In this document: piece after piece, positions 26,723 through 36,309 of the stretch | Layout: each line of letters begins with the position of its first letter | How positions within the stretch are numbered: the stretch's first letter is position 1 | Origin: Clostridiaceae bacterium | GTDB lineage: Bacteria > Bacillota > Clostridia > Oscillospirales > QAMX01 | Direction: 5' to 3' | DNA: 62,235 bases | NCBI GenBank assembly: GCA_016297585.1 | Contig: JAEDGJ010000001.1 | Coordinates: 1-62,235, forward strand | Made by a program: the position numbers and the translations under genes | Notes under the pieces: generated by a model | Told to the model about the DNA's origin: nothing | Databases searched by the model: none | What the model saw: the letters and a program-made list of their open reading frames with translations, nothing else

Positions 26723-27592
26723 ATGATTATCGACGCACATAACCATGCGGACTGGCATAAGCACAACCTGGACAAATTCATCGAAAACATGGATACCTAC
26801 CACATCGACAAAACCTGGCTTCTGACCTGGGAATCCCCGTATGACGAGTATTCCCCCGAATATAATCACGTGGTCAACGTCGACGCTAAGAGAGAAGTCG
26901 GCCCCGTGTCGTTTGCCCGGACGCTTTCCTATGTGGAGCGCCGCCCGGACCGCTTCATCCTCGGCTTCGCGCCCGATCCGCGCCGTCCCGAGGCGATCGA
27001 CCGCCTGCATACCGCCATCGACCTGTACGGCGTGAAGGTCTGCGGCGAGGTCAAGCTGCGCATGATGTACGACAACCCCGACGCGATCCGCCTCTGGCGC
27101 TTTGCCGGTGAGCACGGCCTGCCGGTCACCTTCCACTTCGACTATGAGTTCAACACCGGCCGCAAGTATCCGCGTCCGAACTACTGGTACGGCGGCGGCA
27201 TCGACTGCCTCGAGCGCGTGCTCAAGCTCTGCCCCGAGACGAATTTCCTCGGACACGCGCCGGGCTTCTGGTCGCACATCTCCGGCGACGACAAGTTCGA
27301 CAAGGAAGGCTATCCGAAGGGTCCGGTGCTGCCGGGCGGACGGATCCCGGAGCTGCTCGAAAAGTATCCGAACCTGTACTGCGACCTGTCGGCCGGTTCG
27401 GGCTGCAACGCGCTGTCGCGTGATCCGGAATTCGGAAAGAAGTTCCTCATCACCTGGCAGGACCGCTGCGTCTACGCGCGCGATTACTTTGACAACATCC
27501 ACCAGGAGTTCATCAACAGCCTGAATCTCGATCAGGAGGTTTGCGACAAGATCTACTATAAGAACGCGCTGAAGCTCACGCACGACCTGTAA
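26723..27592 (+). CDS. Amidohydrolase-family (TIM-barrel metal-dependent hydrolase) protein
   Basis: 289 aa. N-terminal HxH motif (MIIDAHNHADW). GAGGAGG SD upstream. Confidence 0.8.
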   Translation: MIIDAHNHADWHKHNLDKFIENMDTYHIDKTWLLTWESPYDEYSPEYNHVVNVDAKREVGPVSFARTLSYVERRPDRFILGFAPDPRRPEAIDRLHTAIDLYGVKVCGEVKLRMMYDNPDAIRLWRFAGEHGLPVTFHFDYEFNTGRKYPRPNYWYGGGIDCLERVLKLCPETNFLGHAPGFWSHISGDDKFDKEGYPKGPVLPGGRIPELLEKYPNLYCDLSAGSGCNALSRDPEFGKKFLITWQDRCVYARDYFDNIHQEFINSLNLDQEVCDKIYYKNALKLTHDL

Positions 27593-27667
27593 TCCGTACA
27601 TCCTTCCCGGGGAAAGGGGAGCGCTTTTTCCCGCTTTCCCCGGGTTTTTCAACCTGGGAGGTGGCCC

Positions 27668-28618
27668 ATGCCCTGTATCTTTACCGACCGGCCGGAATAC
27701 GGCAATACGACGCTGCTGGATTTCTCGACCAACGGCAACAACACCGCGCTGCCCTTCTTCTACAAGGTTTCCACGACCTGCCAGCTCATTCCCCACCGCC
27801 ACAGCTATATCCAGATGGTCTACATCAAAAAGGGTCAGCTTACCCATGCCTGCGGCTCGCACATCAACGACCTGCGCTGCGGCGATCTGATCCTGATCCC
27901 GCCCTATCTGCCGCATTATTTCATCCCCATCGCGGAGCGTTCGTTTGAGCTCATCGAGTTCGAATTCGTTTCCGAGTTCATCGACGCCTCTCTCGCCGGC
28001 GGCGCGGCATACGACGGCTGCGACGCGCTGGAGTGGCTCTCGGATTATACGGACGGGCATACGTTCCCGCTCGTTTCCCTGACGGGGGAGATGCGGTTTG
28101 ACGTGGAAAACGGCTTTGCGCGCATCGAACGGGAATACAAGGAGCAGCCGGAGGGCTTTATGAGCGCGATCCGGGGCGTGACGCTGCTGCTTTTGGCCTA
28201 CCAGCGCCGGATGCTGCATATGCGGGACGAGAACGACGGTACGGCGCTGCTCTATGAGCGCCACCGCGAGGTGCTGCTGCGTTCGCTGGACTTCATCCGC
28301 GACAACTATACGCGCGACATCACGGTGCAGGATGCGGCGGCGGTCGCCATCATGAGCCCGTCGTACTACCGGCACTATTTCAAGCTGCTGACGAAGAAGA
28401 CCTTCACCGAATACTTAAACGGCCTACGCGTGGCGCATGCGATCACGCTAATCCGCGAAAATCCGCGCATGAAGATCGTCGATATCTGCTATGCGGCCGG
28501 ATTTTCGAATATCAGCCACTTCAACCGCACCTTCCTGAAGGTGACGGGCGTGACGCCCAAGGCTTTCCGCATCTCCGCCGCGCAGAGCGATGTGACCGAT
28601 CTGCAAAACAGCATTTGA
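27668..28618 (+). CDS. AraC family transcriptional regulator
   Basis: 316 aa. N-terminal cupin-like sensor and C-terminal double HTH (AAGFSNISHFNRTFLKVTGVTPKAFR). Confidence 0.9.
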   Translation: MPCIFTDRPEYGNTTLLDFSTNGNNTALPFFYKVSTTCQLIPHRHSYIQMVYIKKGQLTHACGSHINDLRCGDLILIPPYLPHYFIPIAERSFELIEFEFVSEFIDASLAGGAAYDGCDALEWLSDYTDGHTFPLVSLTGEMRFDVENGFARIEREYKEQPEGFMSAIRGVTLLLLAYQRRMLHMRDENDGTALLYERHREVLLRSLDFIRDNYTRDITVQDAAAVAIMSPSYYRHYFKLLTKKTFTEYLNGLRVAHAITLIRENPRMKIVDICYAAGFSNISHFNRTFLKVTGVTPKAFRISAAQSDVTDLQNSI

Positions 28619-28671
28619 CGCAGCGCCCGGCTCATAAAAGCGCCGCACCGAAGGTATATTATAAGAGGAAT

Positions 28672-30486
28672 ATGAAAAAACGTTTTTTTGTATGGATGCT
28701 GGCGCTGCTGCTCGTGTTCGGCACGGGCTGCTCGGAGGTACCCGTGAATCAGATCCCGCTCGCGGTCGTCGGCACGACCGCCGCGACGACGGAGGCGCCG
28801 CTGCACACCACCGCCGTCTCCACCACCGCGTCCTCCGCGGAACAGACGCAGGCGTCCTCGTCCCAGACGACGGCGGCGACGGCTCCGCAGACCTCGATCT
28901 CCGCCGCGACGACGCATACCACCACCCCCGCGCAGACGGTGCGGTACGAGGATGTGGAGGCGCGCTTTTCCGTGATGACGACCGAGGAAAAGGTCGGACA
29001 GCTCTTTTTCGTGTCGGTCGAAGGCCGCAGCGCGCTGACGGAGTCGGATCTGGAGCTGCTTGCGGACTGCAGCATCGGAAACATCATCCTGTTCGGCGCC
29101 AATATTGACAATATTTCGCAGCTTGCGGCGCTGAACACCGAGATTCTGGACGTCATTTCGGCAAACACCGGCATCTGCCCCTTCATCGGCGCCGATCAGG
29201 AGGGCGGCCGGGTCATGCGCATTCTCGACGCCTGCACGGCGCCGCCTGCGATGGCGGTGGGCGCGGCGGGAGACCCCGCGCTCGCGCGCAGTCTCGGCGA
29301 GCTGATGGGCGCGCAGCTCCGCACGCTCGGCATCAACGTCAATTTCGCCCCCTGCGCCGACGTCAACTCCAATCCCGACAACCCGGTGATCGGCGACCGC
29401 AGCTACAGCGCGGATGCCGGTACGGCGGCGGAGTTTGTTTCGGCGGTGGCCGAGGGGCTGCAGTCCGCGGGCGTGCTCGCCTGCCTCAAGCATTTCCCCG
29501 GCCACGGCGATACCGCGGAGGACAGCCATACGTCGCTGCCGGAGGTGGACTATGACCTCGAGCGGCTGGACGAGGTGGAGCTCCGCCCCTTCCGCGCCGG
29601 TATCGATGCGGGCGCCGCCATGACGATGGTGGGACATATCCTGTATCCGGCGCTGGGCGCGTCCGACGTGCCGGCATCGCTTTCTCCCGAAGTGATCGAG
29701 GGCTTTCTGCGCGAGGAGCTGGCGTTTGACGGACTGGTGATCACGGACAGCCTGTCGATGGGCGCGATCACCGCGTCGTACGGAGAAGGCGAGGCCTGCG
29801 TTCTGGCGGTGAACGCCGGCGCAGACCTGCTCTGCATCAACGACACCGCCCCCGCGCTGCGGGAGGCGTACGCGGTCGTGCTGCAGGCGGTAAACGACGG
29901 ACGGATTTCCGCGGAGCGGCTCGATGAGGCCGTGCTGCGCATCCTGAACGCCAAGTACGAATACGGCATCCTGGAAGGCACGCGGCCCTCGGATCAGCTT
30001 CCGGATACCGAACGGTATCAGGCGGTGATGGCCGAGATCGCCCGAAAGAGCCTGACGCTGCTCGAAGGCGAGCTGCCCGTCATTTCGGACGCCGCGTCCG
30101 TGCTCGTGCTCTGCACGGAGCCCTCCCGCGCCGCGCTGGCGCAGGAGACGCAGAATCCCGGCGCTTTCCTGACGAGGGAGTACGGCTGCAACGCCATGGT
30201 GATCGACCGGGAGCCGGCGGACGCGCAGACGGAATCCGCGCTCGCCGCGGCGGCGCTGTATGAGGACGTGATCCTCGCCGTGTCGGGCTCCGGCTGCGCG
30301 GCGCTGGCAGAGCGGCTTGCCGAAACGGGCGTCCGCGTGACCGTTGCGGTCATGGACAGCCCGTACGCCGCCGAAAGCTATCGGGAAACCGGCGCCGCGG
30401 CCGTGATCTGCGCCTATGAGAACACGGATTACAGCATCCGCGCGGCGGCGGAGCTGCTGATGGACGGCGGCGCGGTTTCGGAATGA
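28672..30486 (+). CDS. Glycoside hydrolase family 3 lipoprotein (NagZ-like beta-N-acetylhexosaminidase)
   Basis: Start set to ATG 28672 (AAGAGGA SD), giving 604 aa. Lipobox FGTGC, Thr/Ser/Ala-rich linker, GH3 motif KHFPGHGDT. Confidence 0.85.
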   Translation: MKKRFFVWMLALLLVFGTGCSEVPVNQIPLAVVGTTAATTEAPLHTTAVSTTASSAEQTQASSSQTTAATAPQTSISAATTHTTTPAQTVRYEDVEARFSVMTTEEKVGQLFFVSVEGRSALTESDLELLADCSIGNIILFGANIDNISQLAALNTEILDVISANTGICPFIGADQEGGRVMRILDACTAPPAMAVGAAGDPALARSLGELMGAQLRTLGINVNFAPCADVNSNPDNPVIGDRSYSADAGTAAEFVSAVAEGLQSAGVLACLKHFPGHGDTAEDSHTSLPEVDYDLERLDEVELRPFRAGIDAGAAMTMVGHILYPALGASDVPASLSPEVIEGFLREELAFDGLVITDSLSMGAITASYGEGEACVLAVNAGADLLCINDTAPALREAYAVVLQAVNDGRISAERLDEAVLRILNAKYEYGILEGTRPSDQLPDTERYQAVMAEIARKSLTLLEGELPVISDAASVLVLCTEPSRAALAQETQNPGAFLTREYGCNAMVIDREPADAQTESALAAAALYEDVILAVSGSGCAALAERLAETGVRVTVAVMDSPYAAESYRETGAAAVICAYENTDYSIRAAAELLMDGGAVSE

Positions 30487-30549
30487 TTTTTTTGGGCAGG
30501 GCTCCAATTTTATACGGGGCAGCCCGGCGCGATTTTGTCCTTTTTACTC

Positions 30550-30578
30550 TTGTTTAATATGTACTTTATTTGTATAAT
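30550..30578 (+). promoter_or_regulatory. Putative promoter of the flavodiiron gene (TTGTTT-17-TATAAT)
   Basis: AT-rich island. TTGTTT at 30550-30555, TATAAT at 30573-30578. Confidence 0.5.
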
Positions 30579-30608
30579 AAGCTCATTCAGAAGAAGGAGG
30601 CGGCGTGA

Positions 30609-32450
30609 ATGCAATCTGTCAGAAAATTAACGGACGATCTTTTCTATATCGGCGGGAGCGACAGAAGAATCGCGCTCTTTGAAAACGTATTTCCGGTTCC
30701 GAGAGGCGTGTCCTATAACGCCTATCTGCTGCGTGACGAAAAAACCGCGCTGTTTGATACCGTGGACTGGTCGGTCGCGGAGCTGTTTTTTGAAAATCTG
30801 GAGTATGCGCTGGACGGCAGGGCGCTCGACTATGTCGTCGTTTCGCATATGGAGCCCGACCACAGCGGCACGCTGTTTGAGACGCTGCGCCGTCACCCCG
30901 AGGCGACGGTCGTCTGCAACGCCAAGACCCGCGCGATGATCGCGCAGTTCGCGTCCGGAAAGGCGCCGGAGAACATGATGATCGTCGCGGAGGGCGACAC
31001 GCTGACGACGGGCGCGCACACGTTCGCGTTCGTGATGGCGCCGATGGTGCACTGGCCCGAGGCGATGGTGGTGTTTGACACGACGACGGGCACGCTGTTC
31101 TCGGCGGACGCGTTCGGTACGTTCGGCGCGTTAAACGGCAACCTCTACGCGGACGAGGTGGACTTCGAGCGCGATTGGCTGCCGGATGCGCGGCGCTACT
31201 ATACGAATATCGTCGGCAAGTACGGCACGCAGGTGCAGGCGCTGCTGCGCAAGGCGGCGGGGCTGGAGATCAAGATGATCTGTCCGCTGCACGGCCCGAT
31301 CTGGCGCGCGAACCTGAACTGGTTTATCGACAAGTACCAGAAGTGGAGCCGGTATGAGCCGGAGGAAAACGCCGTCGTCATCGCCTACGCGTCGGTGTAC
31401 GGCCACACCGAGAACGCGGCGTCGATCCTCGCCGGAAAGCTCGCGGACGCGGGCGTGCGCAATGTCGCGATGTACGACGTGTCGGCGACGCATCCGTCGG
31501 TGATCGTCGCGGAGGCGTTCCGCGCGAGCCATCTGGTCTTCGCGTCGACGACCTACAACGCGGGCATCTTCTGCAACATGGAAACCGTGCTGCACGATCT
31601 CTGCGCGCACAATCTGCAGAAGCGCACGGTCGCGATCATCGAAAACGGCACCTGGGCGCCGACCGCGGGCGGTCTGATCAAGGGCTTCTGCGGGATGATG
31701 CGCGATATGACCGTGCTCGAGCCGTCCGTGACGATCCGCTCCGCGCTGGCGGACGGGCAGGACGCGGAGCTCTCGGCGATGGCGGACGCGATCCTCGCGT
31801 CGATGCCGCGGCCCAAGATCGTCCACGAGGCGAAGATCGAGCCCAATGCCTTCTTCAAGCTGACCTACGGTCTGTTCGTCCTGACGGCGCGCGCCGACGG
31901 GAAGGACAACGGCTGCATCATCAACACCGCGATGCAGGTGGCGGATTCCCCCAAGAGGATCCAGATCGCCGTCAACAAGGCCAACTTCACGCACGACATG
32001 ATCATGAAGACCGGCGAGTTCAACATCTCGATCCTTTCGACGTCGGCGCCGTTCTCGCTCTTCCAGCGCTTCGGCTTCCATTCCGGGCGCGATACGGATA
32101 AGTTCGCCGGCGATACGTCGGACACGCGTGCGGACAACGGCATCCGCTATATCACGGAGCATACGAATGCCTATATGTCGGGACACGTCGTGCACACCGA
32201 GGATCTCGGCACGCACACCGTCTTTACGGCGGAGGTGACGCAGGCCGTCGTCCTGTCCGCGGAGCCGTCCGTGACCTATCAGTACTACTTCGACCGCATC
32301 AAGCCGAAGCCCCAGCCCCCGGAGGAGGGAAAGCCCAAGGGCTATGTCTGCTCGATCTGCGGCTGGGTGTACGAAGGCGACGAGCTGCCGCCGGATCTCG
32401 TCTGCCCGCTGTGCAAGCACGGTGCGGAAGCGTTCACGAAAATAGAGTAA
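30609..32450 (+). CDS. Multidomain flavodiiron protein: FprA core fused to a flavin-reductase-like domain and a rubredoxin domain
   Basis: 613 aa. Diiron motif VSHMEPDHSG in an MBL-like domain, a flavodoxin-like domain, an FMN split-barrel flavin-reductase-like segment (GLFVLTARADGKDNGCIINT) and C-terminal CSICGW...CPLCKH. Confidence 0.88.
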   Translation: MQSVRKLTDDLFYIGGSDRRIALFENVFPVPRGVSYNAYLLRDEKTALFDTVDWSVAELFFENLEYALDGRALDYVVVSHMEPDHSGTLFETLRRHPEATVVCNAKTRAMIAQFASGKAPENMMIVAEGDTLTTGAHTFAFVMAPMVHWPEAMVVFDTTTGTLFSADAFGTFGALNGNLYADEVDFERDWLPDARRYYTNIVGKYGTQVQALLRKAAGLEIKMICPLHGPIWRANLNWFIDKYQKWSRYEPEENAVVIAYASVYGHTENAASILAGKLADAGVRNVAMYDVSATHPSVIVAEAFRASHLVFASTTYNAGIFCNMETVLHDLCAHNLQKRTVAIIENGTWAPTAGGLIKGFCGMMRDMTVLEPSVTIRSALADGQDAELSAMADAILASMPRPKIVHEAKIEPNAFFKLTYGLFVLTARADGKDNGCIINTAMQVADSPKRIQIAVNKANFTHDMIMKTGEFNISILSTSAPFSLFQRFGFHSGRDTDKFAGDTSDTRADNGIRYITEHTNAYMSGHVVHTEDLGTHTVFTAEVTQAVVLSAEPSVTYQYYFDRIKPKPQPPEEGKPKGYVCSICGWVYEGDELPPDLVCPLCKHGAEAFTKIE

Positions 32451-32486
32451 GTTTTCTATTTTATCATATTTCAGGAGGATACGGTT

Positions 32487-32645
32487 ATGAAAAAGTATGT
32501 CTGCGATCTTTGCGGATGGGAATACGACGAGGCTGCGGGCGATCCCGAAAACGGCATCGCGCCCGGCACGAAGTGGGAAGACCTGCCCGAGGATTTTGCC
32601 TGCCCGCTGTGCGGCGCCGGTAAGGACAGCTTCTCCGAGGCATAA
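32487..32645 (+). CDS. Rubredoxin (52 aa; below the ORF-track size cut-off)
   Basis: ATG 32487 lies 7 nt after [59 protein letters not shown], with both CxxCG knuckles. Confidence 0.9.
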   Translation: MKKYVCDLCGWEYDEAAGDPENGIAPGTKWEDLPEDFACPLCGAGKDSFSEA

Positions 32646-32653
32646 GAAAACCT

Positions 32654-32706
32654 GAAAAAAAGCAGCCCGCGGACGTTTTTTGTGACCGTCCGCGGGCTGT
32701 TTTTTT
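32654..32706. terminator. Bidirectional intrinsic terminator (rubredoxin / yihY-like convergent pair)
   Basis: 13-bp stem CAGCCCGCGGACG / CGTCCGCGGGCTG flanked by A7 upstream and T7 downstream. Confidence 0.85.
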
Positions 32707-32716
32707 GTATCCGGTG

Positions 32717-33601
32717 TTACTCCGCCTCGGCGTCGCGCAGCGCTTTTTGATTTTCCGCGCGGATCTCGCGGGCGGGAACCGTCATGAGCGTGTGATTGAA
32801 CAGCCCGCCGAGCTGGAGGATGACGCCGGTGACGTAGAGCCAGAGCATCGTGATGATGACCGCGCCGATGGAGCCGTAGAGCAGGGAATAGCGGGAAAAA
32901 TGGTCGATATAGTAGGAGAATCCGTAGGAAACGGCGACCCAGGCGAACATGGCGAAGAAGGCGCCCGGCATCGCCTGACGCGGACGCAGCTTCCGGTTCG
33001 GCGCGACGACATACAGCGCGGTCAGCAGCGAAAACAGCCACGCCGCCAGCAGTACGAAGCGCATCCAGAGCCATACCTGCCTGACGGGGTCGGGAATATG
33101 CCAGATCCGCGACAGCGCGTCGAGGGTGTCCTGGCCTAAAAGCAGGACGACGAGGATGACGACGAAGGAAAGCAGGAGCGCCGCGGCAAAAATGAAGGAC
33201 AGCACCGCGTGCCGCAGCCAGTGGCGGGTGTTTTTGACCTCATAGACGGTGTTCAGCGCGTACAGGAGCACGTTGACCACGCGGAAAAGCGAATAGACGG
33301 ACAGCACGAGGCCGGTAAAGAGATGGCCGGGCGTGCTCATGCCGGAAAGATAGTCAAGATAGCTCTCGATGAGAGACGCCACCTCGGTGGGGATCACCTG
33401 CGCAGTCGCCCGGACGATGTCGTCGAGATTGACGTTCAGCACGCCGAGCAGGGCGTTGAGAAACAGGATCAGGGGAAAGATCATGAACAGCAGCGAATAG
33501 GCGAGCTGTGCGGCGGTGCGGGAGACCTGATAGTCGAAATAGTGCTGGATCATCGTGCGCACGAAAACCGCGGGATAGCTTTTGATAAGGGGATGCTTCA
33601 T
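32717..33601 (-). CDS. YihY/BrkB family membrane protein
   Basis: 294 aa, about 6 TM. N-terminal DYQVSRTAAQLAYSLLFMIFPLILFL pattern typical of YihY (formerly 'RNase BN') proteins. Confidence 0.8.
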   Translation of the reverse strand: MKHPLIKSYPAVFVRTMIQHYFDYQVSRTAAQLAYSLLFMIFPLILFLNALLGVLNVNLDDIVRATAQVIPTEVASLIESYLDYLSGMSTPGHLFTGLVLSVYSLFRVVNVLLYALNTVYEVKNTRHWLRHAVLSFIFAAALLLSFVVILVVLLLGQDTLDALSRIWHIPDPVRQVWLWMRFVLLAAWLFSLLTALYVVAPNRKLRPRQAMPGAFFAMFAWVAVSYGFSYYIDHFSRYSLLYGSIGAVIITMLWLYVTGVILQLGGLFNHTLMTVPAREIRAENQKALRDAEAE

Positions 33602-33638
33602 TCACATAAACTCCCGTCCGGACTAGGCTTTGGTTGTT

Positions 33639-33667
33639 ATTATACGCCTTTTCAAACGGAAAAACAA
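33639..33667 (-). promoter_or_regulatory. Putative promoter of the yihY-like gene (TTGTTT-17-TATAAT)
   Basis: Minus strand reads TTGTTT ttccgtttgaaaaggcg TATAAT, about 35 nt upstream of ATG 33601. Confidence 0.5.
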
Positions 33668-33700
33668 CCCTTTTTCCAGATCTACGGCGGTGCGGACCGA

Positions 33701-33738
33701 TAAAAAGCGGGGGAATCCCCGAAAAAAGGGATCCCCCC
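33701..33738 (-). terminator. Intrinsic terminator after the DegT-family gene
   Basis: Minus strand GGGGGGATCCC-tttttt cg-GGGATTCCCCC gives a hairpin of about 11 bp followed by CTTTTT. Confidence 0.6.
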
Positions 33739-33768
33739 AAAAAGAAGACAGTCAGGAGAAAAAGACGA

Positions 33769-35019
33769 TTACGCGCGGAACGCCGCGTCGACCTTTCTGT
33801 AGGCCGCGAGGACGTTCGCGATGTCTTCGTCGGTCCAGCTTTCGTTTAAGTAGAGGTTGTAGCACTCGTCCATGACCTTCATCGCGTTCGGCAACGCGAA
33901 CTCGCGGTTCATCGTGCCCTTGTACTCCGGCGCGGTCCACGGGAAGCCGTGCGTGCCGTAGGCGCAGCGGTTCTTGAACCAGTCCTGCGTGGACGGCAGG
34001 GCGGCGCGATAGGAGGCGGCGACATTGACGCCCTCCGCCGCGAGCGCGGCGCAGTATTCGTCCTTCGTGCAGTCAAGGCCGGCGCCGTTGTAGCCGAGGC
34101 GCCAGAACCAGTACACGCACTCCGCGCCGTCAACCAGCTTCGGGATGCGGACGGACGGGATCTCCGCAAAGCCTTCCGCGAGCTTCGCGGCGACCGCGCG
34201 GCGCTTTTCGCCGAACGACGGCAGCTTCTTTAACTGGACGCGGCCGATCGCGGCGCCGATCTCCTGCAGGTTGCAGTTGATCGCCGCGATGCAGTTCGTG
34301 GAGCCGGCGGGCAGGCCGAAGGGCTTGCCGCGGTCCGCCGCCTGACGGATCTTCCAGTACATCTCTTCCGTCTTCGTGAAGACCATGCCGCCCTGACCGC
34401 CGGTGCAGAAGTGCTTGCCGAACATCGTCGAGAACGCGCCGATGGTGCCCCAGGTGCCGACGGGCTTGCCGTCGAGCTTGGCGTAGTGCGACTGCGCGCA
34501 GTCCTCGATGACCGGGATGCCGTGACGGTTCGCGAGCGCCATGATGTCGCGCATATCCGCGGGCTCGCCGGCGATGTGCGGGACGATGATCGCCGCGGTC
34601 AGCGGGGTGATCAGCTTTTCGATCTCTTCCGCGCAGGTGTTGTAGGAATCCGGCGCGACGTCCGCGACGGCGGGAATGCAGTTGCAGACCGGGATCGGCA
34701 TCATGCCGCCCGGATCGGTGACGGCGCCGACGATGACTTCGGAGAAGGGCTCCGGATTCAGCGCGCGCAGCGCGACGTATACGGCGTTCGTGCCGCCGTT
34801 GACGCCGTCGGCATAGCCGCCGCCCATCAGCTCCGCGAATTCGCGGCCGAGGGCTTCTTCTTCGGGGCCGTTGTAGCCGCTGTTGTTGCCGGAGCGGATC
34901 GCTTCGTCCAGCAGGGCGTCTACGGCAGCTTTTTCACGGGCGTCCGTCGCAAAACGCGCGGAAGCGGGATGCGGCATGGCCTTCGGGCCGCCGTTGATGG
35001 CAAGATCGGCTTTGGACAT
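33769..35019 (-). CDS. DegT/DnrJ/EryC1/StrS family PLP-dependent aminotransferase
   Basis: 416 aa. Fold-type I sugar-aminotransferase pattern including HIAGEPADM, IEDCAQS and the Lys region FSTMFGKHF. Confidence 0.8.
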   Translation of the reverse strand: MSKADLAINGGPKAMPHPASARFATDAREKAAVDALLDEAIRSGNNSGYNGPEEEALGREFAELMGGGYADGVNGGTNAVYVALRALNPEPFSEVIVGAVTDPGGMMPIPVCNCIPAVADVAPDSYNTCAEEIEKLITPLTAAIIVPHIAGEPADMRDIMALANRHGIPVIEDCAQSHYAKLDGKPVGTWGTIGAFSTMFGKHFCTGGQGGMVFTKTEEMYWKIRQAADRGKPFGLPAGSTNCIAAINCNLQEIGAAIGRVQLKKLPSFGEKRRAVAAKLAEGFAEIPSVRIPKLVDGAECVYWFWRLGYNGAGLDCTKDEYCAALAAEGVNVAASYRAALPSTQDWFKNRCAYGTHGFPWTAPEYKGTMNREFALPNAMKVMDECYNLYLNESWTDEDIANVLAAYRKVDAAFRA

Positions 35020-35086
35020 GAATATACACCTCCGAAAAGATTACAAAGAAAGAGTCGGATACCGTTTGCAGCCACAGGGGCTTTCA

Positions 35087-35114
35087 GCGTACCTTCAGTA
35101 TATCACAACGCGCC
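35087..35114 (-). promoter_or_regulatory. Putative promoter of the DegT-family gene (TTGTTC-16-TGaTATACT)
   Basis: Minus strand reads TTGTTC tttcggcgcgttgtga TATACT, with a TGn extended -10. Confidence 0.5.
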
Positions 35115-35174
35115 GAAAGAACAAGCGGAATCCGCGCGAAAAGTTATGCAATCCGCTTTCCTCGCGGAAACATC

Positions 35175-35203
35175 TTGCATACCGGTCGATTCTGCGGTAT
35201 ACT
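35175..35203 (+). promoter_or_regulatory. Putative promoter of the SGNH hydrolase gene (TTGCAT-17-TATACT)
   Basis: TTGCAT at 35175-35180, TATACT at 35198-35203. Divergent from the DegT promoter. Confidence 0.5.
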
Positions 35204-35243
35204 GGAAGCGCTGATTTTTGTATTCGCTTGGAGGAATTGCTGC

Positions 35244-35879
35244 ATGTTGATTCGAAAAAACGCGGTCATCGTTTTTCAGGGGGACAGCGTGACCGACGCC
35301 GGCAGAACGCGCCCCGAAAACAGCGGGCTCGGCGACGGCTATCCCGCCATGTGCGCCGGCGCGCTGCGCGCGATGTTTCCCGATTACGATCTGACGATCT
35401 ATAACCGCGGCATCGGCGGCAACCGCGTGGAGCATCTTGTCGAACGGTGGCAGAAGGATACCATCGATCTGCGACCCAACCTCGTCTCCCTGCTGATCGG
35501 CATCAACAACGTCTGGCATCCGTATGAAAACCCCGAGGTGCCCTATGACATCGTCGCGTTCGAGGAGAACCTCGTGCGCATCGTCGAGCAGACCGTGCAC
35601 CGCGGCGCAAAGCTCGTGATGCTCGAGCCGTTTGCCTTCCATCACGGCGTGTTCCCCGAGGAATGGCGCGAGCGGCTCTGGGAGGTCAACCAGGTCGTCC
35701 GCCGCATCGCGCTGCGCTATGCCGACGCGTTCATCCCGCTCGACGGCATCTTCTACCGGGAGGCGATCTCCCGCGAACACGCCGTCTCCCCGCAGGCGCT
35801 GACCGCCGACGGCGTGCATCCGACGTTTGAAGGACACCGCCTCATCGCGCGGGAATGGCTGGACGCCGTGCTGCGCTGA
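35244..35879 (+). CDS. SGNH/GDSL family hydrolase
   Basis: Start set to ATG 35244 (GGAGGA SD), giving 211 aa. Block I VFQGDSVTDAG, block III GINN, block V DGVHPT. Confidence 0.85.
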   Translation: MLIRKNAVIVFQGDSVTDAGRTRPENSGLGDGYPAMCAGALRAMFPDYDLTIYNRGIGGNRVEHLVERWQKDTIDLRPNLVSLLIGINNVWHPYENPEVPYDIVAFEENLVRIVEQTVHRGAKLVMLEPFAFHHGVFPEEWRERLWEVNQVVRRIALRYADAFIPLDGIFYREAISREHAVSPQALTADGVHPTFEGHRLIAREWLDAVLR

Positions 35880-35897
35880 CAAAAGGGGGAGCTTTCC

Positions 35898-36242
35898 GTG
35901 CTGAAGATCGGTTCGATCGTCTGGGGCGTGACCGACGTCCCGCGCGCGGTGCGCTTCTGGTGCGCGGCGCTGCATTACGTTCCGGCGGAGGCGCCGTCGG
36001 AGGACTGGGCGCGGCTCTGCCCGGAAAACGGGGACGGGCTGCAGCTGTCGATCAAGCTCGTGACGTCCCCAAAGGCGCGCCGCCATCACCTTGATCTCTT
36101 CTCGGACGACCGGGAGGCGGAGGTGCGGCGGCTGTTGGCGCTCGGCGCGAAGGAAGTTCCGGAATGGCGCTATGAGACGGGCGCGGATTACACCGTGCTT
36201 GCGGATCCGGACGGCAACCGCTTCTGCGTGGTGCAGAAATAA
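35898..36242 (+). CDS. VOC (glyoxalase/bleomycin-resistance/dioxygenase) family protein
   Basis: 114 aa, GTG start. Paired beta-alpha-beta-beta-beta module pattern (MLKIGSIVWGVTD...HHLDLFSDD...DPDGNRFCVV). Confidence 0.75.
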   Translation: MLKIGSIVWGVTDVPRAVRFWCAALHYVPAEAPSEDWARLCPENGDGLQLSIKLVTSPKARRHHLDLFSDDREAEVRRLLALGAKEVPEWRYETGADYTVLADPDGNRFCVVQK

Positions 36243-36244
36243 AG

Positions 36245-36295
36245 AAAAATCACGGGGATTTTGGCAACGAGCGGCAAAATCCCCGTGATTTTTTA
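36245..36295. terminator. Bidirectional intrinsic terminator (VOC gene / M42 cluster)
   Basis: Stem AAAAATCACGGGGATTTT / AAAATCCCCGTGATTTTTT with A/T tracts on both sides. Confidence 0.85.
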
Positions 36296-36309
36296 TGGTT
36301 TCCGAACGC

